From positions 96,001 to 160,000 of IMG/VR virus record IMGVR_UViG_3300015050_001523: a stretch of DNA of 64,000 bases. One strand, 5' to 3'. The stretch is from a virus. Its lineage: Duplodnaviria; Caudoviricetes. Position 1 is the first letter of the stretch, and each line of letters opens with the position of its first letter. Both the position numbers and the translations under genes were made by a program. The notes under the pieces are model-generated. The model worked only from the letters and a program-made list of their open reading frames with translations, was not told the origin of the DNA and searched no databases. Below, in pieces: positions 37,034-44,620 of this stretch.

Positions 37034-37321
37034 ATGACCCGCCAGATCGCCATCGCTGAAGCTGCTCGGCCTTTCTATGTTGTGGAGGTTGCGCCGACCT
37101 ACCATCCTGTTACAGATGGAATTACTGGTTACCGCGAATACCGCGAAAGCGAAGCAAGCTACGAAACCTTTGGTGGCGCTAGCTGGCGCGTTGGAATGCT
37201 GGATCGGCGATATGGCGGGGATGTCTGGTATGCGATTCGTGATGCGCTTGGGCGTAGTGTTTACTTCCCGCGAGTCGAGCCCGAGCAGGCACCTTGCGAG
37301 GATGGCGATATTCCGTTCTAA
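37034..37321 (+). CDS. Cassette ORF, leaderless
   Basis: TTGACT-N16-CAGACT-N7-ATG. Confidence 0.65.
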   Translation: MTRQIAIAEAARPFYVVEVAPTYHPVTDGITGYREYRESEASYETFGGASWRVGMLDRRYGGDVWYAIRDALGRSVYFPRVEPEQAPCEDGDIPF

Positions 37322-37357
37322 GCTTGCATCCCATCATTTTCGAGGTATAACTCTCTC

Positions 37358-37792
37358 ATGGAAACCGCCGAGTCTTTTATTTCCAAGTTGAATCTTTCTT
37401 TTACTGAAAGCTTCCCTAACGGATTCATTTCGACTCAGATTCACCGGTCACTTTGCAAGGCTGATGCCTTTAAAATTTATGTTGTTTTTACGATTCTTCC
37501 GCTTGGAGCGCAAACAAACGGAATCGTTGAAAACGATCCGAGCCTGAACAAATTTTTCATTTACATCGGCGAAAATCTTGAATCTTTGCCGGAATCGATC
37601 CAAACTGATCTATTCCAAGGAAATAGGCTTTACAGCCCAAAGGGACCGCAAGCGGGCAGCGAAAAGCTGGGCTGGCGCAATGGCAAGGCATCGGCCGAAA
37701 AGATCCTAAAAAAGTTTGATCTTTTCTTTAAGAAGGTTCGGGCGATGGTCGATGCCAATGGTGGAATTGAGGCTTATCAAAAGAGCGCATAA
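37358..37792 (+). CDS. Cassette ORF, leaderless
   Basis: TTGCAT-N16-TATAAC-N6-ATG. Confidence 0.7.
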   Translation: METAESFISKLNLSFTESFPNGFISTQIHRSLCKADAFKIYVVFTILPLGAQTNGIVENDPSLNKFFIYIGENLESLPESIQTDLFQGNRLYSPKGPQAGSEKLGWRNGKASAEKILKKFDLFFKKVRAMVDANGGIEAYQKSA

Positions 37793-37935
37793 CGCGCTCT
37801 TTTTCTTTTTAAGATCATGGCTTATTAATTAACAAGAAAAGCCATGCAGGAAGCATGCCAAGCGCCAAAGGCGCTGCATAAAATAAACCGTCAAAGTCCG
37901 CTTGCATCTTGGCTTCTATGAGGTATCATTACATC

Positions 37936-38199
37936 ATGCGAAATCGAAACTTTCTTCTTCCTTTGGTGCTTTGCTTTGGCTTTCTTATTGGCTGCACCGT
38001 GCCCAGCGATCGGGCTATGCACGTGCTAAAGGGAGCCGGTTATACTGAGGTCAACCTCGGTGATCATGCGTGGTATAGCTGCGGAAAGGATGATACCCTC
38101 GCAACTGAGTTTGTGGCCAAAGGTCCAAATGGCCAGCGTGTTCAGGGTGCGGTTTGTTGCGGTGTTTGGGGCAAGAGCTGCACCGTTCGGCTTGACTAG
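37936..38199 (+). CDS. Conserved phage lipoprotein, leaderless
   Basis: FLIGC lipobox; GYT..WYSCGKDD..F.AKGPNGQRVQGAVCCG; TATCAT-N6-ATG. Confidence 0.75.
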   Translation: MRNRNFLLPLVLCFGFLIGCTVPSDRAMHVLKGAGYTEVNLGDHAWYSCGKDDTLATEFVAKGPNGQRVQGAVCCGVWGKSCTVRLD

Positions 38200-38203
38200 A
38201 TTT

Positions 38204-38299
38204 ATGACGACCGCGATCGGTATGCCTCTAACAATTCTAGTATGCTTATTCTCTGGAATAGCCGTTTCGCTGCTCCTAAACAAGAAACGAAGGAGCTAA
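38204..38299 (+). CDS. 31-aa single-TM micro-protein
   Basis: MTTAIGMPLTILVCLFSGIAVSLLLNKKRRS. Confidence 0.5.
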   Translation: MTTAIGMPLTILVCLFSGIAVSLLLNKKRRS

Positions 38300-38459
38300 A
38301 CCTAAAGGCGCATTACGCGCCTTTTCTTCTTTGCCAAAAACATTTATTAATTAATAAAAATTCTTCATGCACAAGGCATGCCAAGGCGCCAAAGGCGCGG
38401 CATGAAATTAAAGATCGATTTGAGGTTGCATCTTGATTTGGATAGGTTATCCTTGGAGT

Positions 38460-38705
38460 ATGGGAAAGACGCAACGAAACCGGAAGCAGCAGTCCAAGGG
38501 CCAAGAAATGACCCGAGCCGCCGCCCGAGCATACATGGTTCGAAACCTCAAGGATTACACCGATCGAATCAGCGGCGATGTCAATCTGACCCGCCTCGCC
38601 GAGTCATGTTGTCAAGCTTTCAATTGTAACCATGATGGTGGTCCCCTCGATCAAGAGGATCATTGGATTTGGGATGTTACCGCGGATTTCTCAAATATCC
38701 GGTAA
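38460..38705 (+). CDS. Cassette ORF, leaderless
   Basis: TTGCAT-N16-TATCCT-N6-ATG. Confidence 0.7.
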   Translation: MGKTQRNRKQQSKGQEMTRAAARAYMVRNLKDYTDRISGDVNLTRLAESCCQAFNCNHDGGPLDQEDHWIWDVTADFSNIR

Positions 38706-38712
38706 AACCCAT

Positions 38713-38943
38713 ATGACCACAATCCTAATGTTTTTCGTGGGAATCGTTGTTGGCACAATGATTGGCTGGATTCTTGGCTGGAGCCTCATTGTTATTTGTA
38801 GCTATCCTTTGGAATGGCTCCGAAGGCGCAAGCGACTCAAGGAATTTGAGCGCGAGGAGCGCGAAAAAGAAAATGATTTGATCCTCAACTTGGATCCTCA
38901 ACTTCTAACCGAGCTAATTCAAGCATTCCGAAACCAAAAGTAA
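38713..38943 (+). CDS. Small membrane protein
   Basis: N-terminal TM segment then charged tail. Confidence 0.6.
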   Translation: MTTILMFFVGIVVGTMIGWILGWSLIVICSYPLEWLRRRKRLKEFEREEREKENDLILNLDPQLLTELIQAFRNQK

Positions 38944-39058
38944 AAAAATCAAACGAAAAAATGGCGAATTTTCGCCATTTTTTGCTTAAGGTATCAGGTT
39001 ATTAATTAATTAATCTTAAGAATGCAAAAAATGTTCCAAAGGATTTCCTTTGGAACAT

Positions 39059-39160
39059 TGCACCAAATAGGATTTGAACCTATATCCCTCCAGACAACGC
39101 TGGTAGCACTTAATTCTTGCAAAAATCAGTGCAGTGCTTTACCCATTAAGCTATTGGTGC
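39059..39160 (-). ncRNA. Atypical 102-nt tRNA (8-nt anticodon loop and 33-nt extra arm, or tRNA-Ile(GAT) with ~30-nt insertion)
   Basis: GCACCAA/TTGGTGC acceptor, GCTT-AATGGGTA-AAGC D arm and ATAGG-TTCAAAT-CCTAT T arm are all canonical. Confidence 0.75.
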
Positions 39161-39163
39161 GAT

Positions 39164-39298
39164 TTAAATTGCCCAGTCCCAAAAAGAACTTGACAAAAGA
39201 TAAAGCGCGAAAAGGCACATTCCAAAAACAGCGCAGGTTGCAACAACCATTGTCCAAGTAATAATGTCTGAAATGAGCATTTGGGTGGAGACCTTCAT
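39164..39298 (-). CDS. 44-aa membrane peptide, leaderless, co-transcribed with the atypical tRNA
   Basis: MKVSTQMLISDIITWTMVVATCAVFGMCLFALYLLSSSFWDWAI; TTGCGC-N16-CATCAT-N7-ATG. Confidence 0.6.
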   Translation of the reverse strand: MKVSTQMLISDIITWTMVVATCAVFGMCLFALYLLSSSFWDWAI

Positions 39299-39374
39299 AT
39301 GCTTAATGATGGCAGAAAAAATCAGAAGCGCAAGCCATTTTTTCGTTTGATTTTTTGGCAAAAATTTAAATAAA

Positions 39375-39399
39375 AAAGGGAGCCCGACCGGCTCCCTTT
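39375..39399 (-). terminator. Rho-independent terminator
   Basis: AAAGGGAGCC-GGTCG-GGCTCCCTTTTTT on the minus strand. Confidence 0.8.
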
Positions 39400-39900
39400 C
39401 TCGCATGTCTTTCCAGGCTGTCAAGCATGCCAAGATTTGATCAAAACTAGATTGTTCATGCTGAAACTTTCTAGCCTTTAGCTTGTCTTTCCAAGCTGTC
39501 AAGCATGCCAAGATTTGATCAAAACTAGATTGTTCATGCTGAAACTTTCTAGCCTTTAGCTTGTCTTTCCAAGCTGTCAAGCATACCAAGATTTGATCAA
39601 AACTAGATTGTTAATGCTGAAACTTTCTAGCCTTTAGCTTGTCTTTCCAAGCTGTCAAGCATATCTTTTTAAGATCCAGGTGCTATTATGCCGGATAGCC
39701 GCCTTTAAGACTGTTATTCCAAGTTAATCCCGACCAAGTGTGCAAAACAGCCAAAAAGTTTGGTCGAATGCTTGTCTTTCCAAGCTGTCAACCCTTAGAC
39801 TTGCGTCACAGGCTTTAAGAAGCTGTCCGCCGACTTTTCGGCGGAGCTAAGAGTTAGTTTTATCTGGACCATTCCAGTCGAGCCATTGGCTCTAATACAC
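39400..39900 (-). ncRNA. Candidate large structured RNA
   Basis: ORF-poor; serial hairpins (GAGCC-AAT-GGCTC, CTGGA-ATGG-TCCAG, CCGCCGA-AAAG-TCGGCGG, five GGAAAGAC hairpins); terminator at the 3' end. Confidence 0.55.
39406..39663. repeat. 78-bp tandem repeat, 3.3 copies, plus an extra core at 39770-39790
   Basis: Units start at 39406, 39484, 39562 and 39640; the minus-strand core GACAGCTTGGAAAGACAAGC forms hairpin GCTTG-GAAAGA-CAAGC. Confidence 0.95.
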
Positions 39901-40012
39901 TTTTTTTCAGAAATTTTTGTTAGGGGTTGAAAGCGACTTATCGCTTCGGAGGAGCCCGCGCAGTGTTATTAGATTTGTTCATTTTTGTCCTTTCAGACAG
40001 AAGATGGCTGAA

Positions 40013-40087
40013 TCAGACAGAAGAGAAGATGGCCGAAGGAACCGTAATCAAGAAAACAAAGGTAAAAACGATGAAAGCGGTCGTCAT
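40013..40087 (-). CDS. 24-aa hydrophobic micro-ORF
   Basis: MTTAFIVFTFVFLITVPSAIFSSV downstream of a minus promoter at about 40134-40161. Confidence 0.4.
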   Translation of the reverse strand: MTTAFIVFTFVFLITVPSAIFSSV

Positions 40088-40126
40088 TTTGGTTTCTTTC
40101 TGGCGGGAGAAGTTCTCCGCTGCCGA

Positions 40127-40315
40127 CCCTCAAAGTATGAGGCATTCTGCCGAGGATGCAAGCCGCCTTTGACGATTTAATTTGCGGCGACAAAGGCGCC
40201 TTGGCATGGTTCATGCATGGCTTAATTTATTAATTAAGAACATTGCGTCAAAGGCGCAAAAAATTTAAGATCGATTTGGGCTTGCATCTTACCTTGGCCA
40301 TGGTATCCTGAAGTC
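40127..40315. promoter_or_regulatory. Bidirectional cassette element (two promoters sharing one palindrome)
   Basis: TTGCAT-N16-CATACT (minus) and TTGCAT-N16-TATCCT (plus) either side of TTATTAATTAAG. Confidence 0.8.
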
Positions 40316-40711
40316 ATGGCACTAACCAAAGCTGTCGCTGGTCTTGCTCGCGTGATGGGTCTCCAATCCTCGCGCTTGGCGCTCCCAAACGAAAAGGGAG
40401 ACGCAGAAGTTGCGCGATGCAAGAAATGCGCGAGCTACATTCTGAGCGAGAATCGCCATGACTTTGTGACTTGTTTTTGTGGCGCAGTTTCGATTGATGG
40501 TGGCCGAGACTACACGCGAATTACTGGAAATGACGAGGATTATGAACTTTTGTCGGTTGTGTTCGGATACGATACGGAGGAACAACTAAAACAAAAAATC
40601 CTAATTCTTTCCGCGCGATTAATGCCAAAAATTAATACAGAATTATATGGGCTCTTGCTCGAATTGATGCAAGCCGAAATTGAGCTAGATCGGGTTCGCG
40701 CTAGGCACTAA
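40316..40711 (+). CDS. Zn-binding phage protein (CxxC..RHDFVTCxCG..DGG family), leaderless
   Basis: RCKKC..SENRHDFVTCFCGAVSIDGGRDYTR. Confidence 0.75.
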   Translation: MALTKAVAGLARVMGLQSSRLALPNEKGDAEVARCKKCASYILSENRHDFVTCFCGAVSIDGGRDYTRITGNDEDYELLSVVFGYDTEEQLKQKILILSARLMPKINTELYGLLLELMQAEIELDRVRARH

Positions 40712-40896
40712 ACAAACCAAACATTCCTTAAGAGCGCCTTGTGCGCCCTTTTCTTCTTGAGTTATTAATTAATAACAATTATCATGCATTAAGGATGCCA
40801 AGGCGCCTTTGGCGCGGCATAAAATAAATCGACCGAAGGCTTGCATCTTCTCTAGACTCTGATAAGATAAACCTGACTCCAAAAAGGAACCCAACC

Positions 40897-41043
40897 ATGC
40901 AAAAGTTCATCATCGCCTCCATCATCGCTTTTTCTCTCTTTCTTTCTGGTTGCGATCTCGCCGAGCAGGGTTACACTTGCGACGACGCTGGTCAGCTTAT
41001 CGAGCCGACCGGAAAGCCGACCGGCCTGCCCTGTCCTTTCTGA
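40897..41043 (+). CDS. 48-aa lipoprotein (not in the ORF track)
   Basis: MQKFIIASIIAFSLFLSGCDLAEQGYTCDDAGQLIEPTGKPTGLPCPF; AAGGA SD; sole payload of its cassette. Confidence 0.75.
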   Translation: MQKFIIASIIAFSLFLSGCDLAEQGYTCDDAGQLIEPTGKPTGLPCPF

Positions 41044-41221
41044 GAGGAAAGACACAACTTTGGAAAAGGGCGCTTTATGCGCCCTTTGTTTTTTAAAGTT
41101 TTCGACTTATTAATTAATAAAACTTATTATGCATGAAGGATGCCAAGCGCCAAAGGCGCGGCATAAAATAAATCGTCAAAGATGGGTTGCGTCTTATGTA
41201 AATCCACACTAATATGAAGTC

Positions 41222-41536
41222 ATGTCCAGTCCATTTCTTGTCGATGTCAAGCGGTATCTCCTCCATTTGATTGCAACTGACATTGTTACTGGATTACCAT
41301 TTGGAGGTGGTTTTCCGAAATCGCTAATGATGCAACTGCTTCCGTGGTCAAACTTGCAAGCTGATTTCATTGAAGCAATGCGCGGCAAAACTTGCGGCGT
41401 GGGAGAGGCTACTGATACAGACCCCGATGGTGAATGTGTGTACTACATGGATAATGTCGTCGACTGGCTCCAAAGCGACGAAACCGAACAAGTCTCTCCC
41501 TATGTTAAAAGCCTCTCAAAACTCAAGGACATGTAA
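41222..41536 (+). CDS. Cassette ORF, leaderless
   Basis: TTGCGT-N17-TAATAT-N6-ATG. Confidence 0.7.
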   Translation: MSSPFLVDVKRYLLHLIATDIVTGLPFGGGFPKSLMMQLLPWSNLQADFIEAMRGKTCGVGEATDTDPDGECVYYMDNVVDWLQSDETEQVSPYVKSLSKLKDM

Positions 41537-41712
41537 AAAATCCAGCCGCATCTAAAGGGGCATAAAGCCCCTTTTTTCTTTAAGTTTCCTAAATTATTAA
41601 TTAATAAAAATCCTTCATGCATAGTCCATGCCAAAGCGCCAAAGGCGCTTCATAAAATAAATCGTCAATGCGGCTTGCATAACTCTTTGATTGGTTTATG
41701 CTTCGGATTGCA

Positions 41713-42057
41713 ATGCTTCTCACTTTCGAAGAAAAGCTCATCGGGATTTCTCTCATGCAAGCGGGATGCTCGGCTTCCTCGGCTTCCGTTCAAATGAATG
41801 CATATTCAGGAGGCCAGTACACACTGGAAAAGATGCGCGATCTTTTCAAGTCCTTGGAAGAGGCCAAGAAAACTCACAAGGCGATTGGCGGCGTATTGAT
41901 CGAACTTCAAAACCCAGAAGCCACGGTAGAAGATCGCGTGTTTTTTCTGTATTCCATGGACAATCGAAGCGTGCAAGTAACAAAAGCGTTTCTGAACACC
42001 TGCTTGCCAGAATGGGCGATCCAGCTCGAAAAGATCATGGATTCGTGGGATTTCTAA
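41713..42057 (+). CDS. Cassette ORF
   Basis: TTGCAT-N16-TATGCT-N10-ATG. Confidence 0.7.
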   Translation: MLLTFEEKLIGISLMQAGCSASSASVQMNAYSGGQYTLEKMRDLFKSLEEAKKTHKAIGGVLIELQNPEATVEDRVFFLYSMDNRSVQVTKAFLNTCLPEWAIQLEKIMDSWDF

Positions 42058-42234
42058 CAAGTCACACGTTCAAAAAGGGCGCACAAAGCGCCCTTTTTCT
42101 TTTTTAAGTTCCTGAGTTTATTAATTAATAAAGCTTATTATTCATGAATCGTGCCAAAGCGCCAAAGGCGCATGATAAAATAAATCGTCAAAGATGGCTT
42201 GCGCCCCTCGCCAATCCAAGCTAAGGTTAATCCG

Positions 42235-42678
42235 ATGGCAAATTTCAAAACCCTCCTCGCTGCTTCCCTCGTTCGCAATTCGCGCAAGGAACAGGCCCAG
42301 GAATGGCAGCAATCCATCGCGCTTGCCGCGCAAAGCGAAGATAACTTCGAGCGCGAGGTTGAAGTCCGAACCCGTGCGATTTGTGAGCATGATTTCTGCG
42401 CGAGTTTCACCAGCCTCGTGGAAAGCGAGGTTCACAGCGCGCTTCTCGCGCAGGTCAAGGAACTTTCGATTTGCGCGGCATGCGCAGAGTATGAAAGTCG
42501 GCATTGTTCGGATTGTCGCGGATATGGCTTCACTTCATGGGAGAATCGTTCGACTCGGGCCATGCTTGCCGATCCGCATACTGTGAACAAAATCGATGAA
42601 TCCATCCGAGCCGAGCTTGAAAGCCGCTTGGGAAAAGGAGCTTGGGAGGATATGATGGAATGCATGAATGATGCATAA
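42235..42678 (+). CDS. Cassette ORF with CxxC motifs, leaderless
   Basis: TTGCGC-N17-TAAGGT-N7-ATG; CAAC..CSDCRG. Confidence 0.7.
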   Translation: MANFKTLLAASLVRNSRKEQAQEWQQSIALAAQSEDNFEREVEVRTRAICEHDFCASFTSLVESEVHSALLAQVKELSICAACAEYESRHCSDCRGYGFTSWENRSTRAMLADPHTVNKIDESIRAELESRLGKGAWEDMMECMNDA

Positions 42679-42851
42679 CAAATCAAACATTCCCAAGGGC
42701 GCATAAGGCGCCCTTTTTCTTTTTAGACTTCCAATTTATTAATTAATAAATTTGAATATGCATGAAGGATGCCAAGGCGCCAAAGGCGCGGCATAAATAA
42801 AAAATAAATCGTTGCTTGACTTCGGCCGAGACTCGATTAGAATGATCTTCG

Positions 42852-43043
42852 ATGGAAACCGTCCGCTTCACCTTCACCGCTACCGCCATCGGCTCGACTC
42901 ACGAGATCACGATTGTCGTTCCGATTGAAGATGATCCAGAGCTTGCTTACTCGGAACTTGCGGACAACGCGCAAGAGCAAGCTGAGCAGATCGCGCGCGA
43001 GCGACTCGGAGTCGAGGATGTCGAGGTTCTGCTGCGCAGCTAG
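42852..43043 (+). CDS. Small acidic cassette ORF
   Basis: TTGACT-N16-TAGAAT-N8-ATG. Confidence 0.7.
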   Translation: METVRFTFTATAIGSTHEITIVVPIEDDPELAYSELADNAQEQAEQIARERLGVEDVEVLLRS

Positions 43044-43222
43044 CGCCGCTCTCTTCGGATCCTTAAGGGCGCTTGAAGCGCCCTTTTCTTTTTAAGTTTC
43101 CTGAGCTATTAATTAATAAAGTTTACTATGCATAAAGGATGCCAAAGCGCCAAAGGCGCGGCATAAAATAAATCGACCGAGGTTGCTTGCATCTTCTCAA
43201 TCATGATTTATAGTTCCTTTGC

Positions 43223-43579
43223 ATGGCGACCCAAATGGTTCCGACCCTCTCGATCTTCTCTATGCCTGAGAACGTCTATTGGCAGGCGAACGAATTGCGC
43301 AATTCGGACAATCCGCATCGATACTCTGCGTGCAATTATTTCACGCATGGTAGCGTATACTTCCAAAAAGGCCATTGGCTGAGCGAAGACATGTGGATCG
43401 TCGAAATCGATGGCGAGGAGATCGCTACCTTTAAGCTTCGATTCTTGACCGAGGCGGTTGCTTTTATGTCGGTCCAAGTCGACAAGGATGGTGATCGTGA
43501 TGCGATGGTGAATGCTATGCAAAGCACGCAAAGTGACTATGAGGAGGATTGGGATTATGAAGAGGAGTTTCGTGAATAA
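43223..43579 (+). CDS. Acidic cassette ORF
   Basis: TTGCAT-N16-TATAGT-N8-ATG. Confidence 0.7.
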   Translation: MATQMVPTLSIFSMPENVYWQANELRNSDNPHRYSACNYFTHGSVYFQKGHWLSEDMWIVEIDGEEIATFKLRFLTEAVAFMSVQVDKDGDRDAMVNAMQSTQSDYEEDWDYEEEFRE

Positions 43580-44024
43580 ACAGGATAAAATCAAACATTC
43601 CTTAAGGGCGCTTTGTGCGCCCTTTTTGCTTTAAGTTTCCTAAATTATTAATTAATAACCCCTAGCCATACACCTTCTATGCCAACGTCTTTATTTTGTT
43701 GCACATTATTCGCAGCATAAGCTGGCTTCCTAGAAGCTTCCAGAAGGCGGCGAGGACTCGGCCGGTACCCTCGCCGCCCGACAGGCCGAAAACGGCTCAG
43801 CAAGGCGCATAACAATGTTTCCTTTGATGCTAGCATCTGGCCGGCGCTGCCCAAAAACGGAGGAGAAGATCGAACCCTAGCCTCCACCCCCCTCCAAAAA
43901 ATGGCCCAAATCTTGCTTAAATTCTGGGCGTTAATTAATTAAAATTCTCTATGCAAAAAATGGACCAAAGTTAAATAAAAAAGGGCGCTTTATGCGCCCT
44001 AACAAAATGAAAGCTTTGGGAGGA

Positions 44025-44408
44025 TTAAATGAAATAATCGCTTTCGTACCAAAGATCATGGTCAAAGGTATCAAAACCCATAACCTCGTTGAAGGCGTGA
44101 GCGCCTCCTATCATTCCTGCATGAACTGCCATTTCATCCAAGCATGCACGCTCGAATTGCGCAGCTTCATGCGCCTTTTGCGCATTCATTTGCGCAATTT
44201 CTGCGTCAGTTTTGACGCGGCGAGAAACTCCCAAATCTGGGATCTCAAGCCAAGCTGTCCAAACCAACATTTTATTTAGAGGTTTTGAATCGTGAGGATT
44301 GTGAAAAAACTCCAAAGCCTCAGCTTCCGTTTCGAACGAAACGCTAGAATGACAATCATCGTTACCATTGGCAGGATTGGAACCCCAGAAAAAAACTTCG
44401 ATAGCCAT
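44025..44408 (-). CDS. Cassette ORF
   Basis: TTGCCT-N17-TATAAA-N8-ATG; ends at a terminator hairpin. Confidence 0.7.
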   Translation of the reverse strand: MAIEVFFWGSNPANGNDDCHSSVSFETEAEALEFFHNPHDSKPLNKMLVWTAWLEIPDLGVSRRVKTDAEIAQMNAQKAHEAAQFERACLDEMAVHAGMIGGAHAFNEVMGFDTFDHDLWYESDYFI

Positions 44409-44620
44409 CGCACAAATTTATAGCAAAGGACATGCTCCAAGGCAAGCCAACTTAAAGATTTATTTTTTGGCATCATTTATGCATGAGCCAAATTTATTAA
44501 TTAATGAATTTCTCGATGCAAAAAATAGGCCGAAACATTAAAATAAAAAGGGCGCATAAAGCGCCCTTCAAAAGCTATTAATAAAAAATGGCGCGGATCT
44601 TGCAACCCGCGCCATTGGCG

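Noticed and set aside
39164-39589. 141-aa ORF with 26-aa repeats
   Set aside because: It reads through a terminator and the promoter of the 44-aa peptide gene; better explained as a by-product of the 78-bp repeat.
39406-39663. CRISPR array
   Set aside because: The sequence between the recurring cores is itself repeated almost identically (78-bp tandem units), so there are no unique spacers; no cas genes are visible.
39921-40180. tmRNA starting GGGGTTGAAAG
   Set aside because: No matching 3' acceptor strand or T arm, and no tag reading frame downstream.
33957-43080. GGGCGCATAA resembling the XerC half of dif sites
   Set aside because: No XerD arm (TTATGTTAAAT) follows; the motif is the left arm and loop of a terminator hairpin.
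43860-43890. tRNA T-arm-like GGGTTCGATC on the minus strand
   Set aside because: The flanking bases do not form a 5-bp T stem or an acceptor stem.
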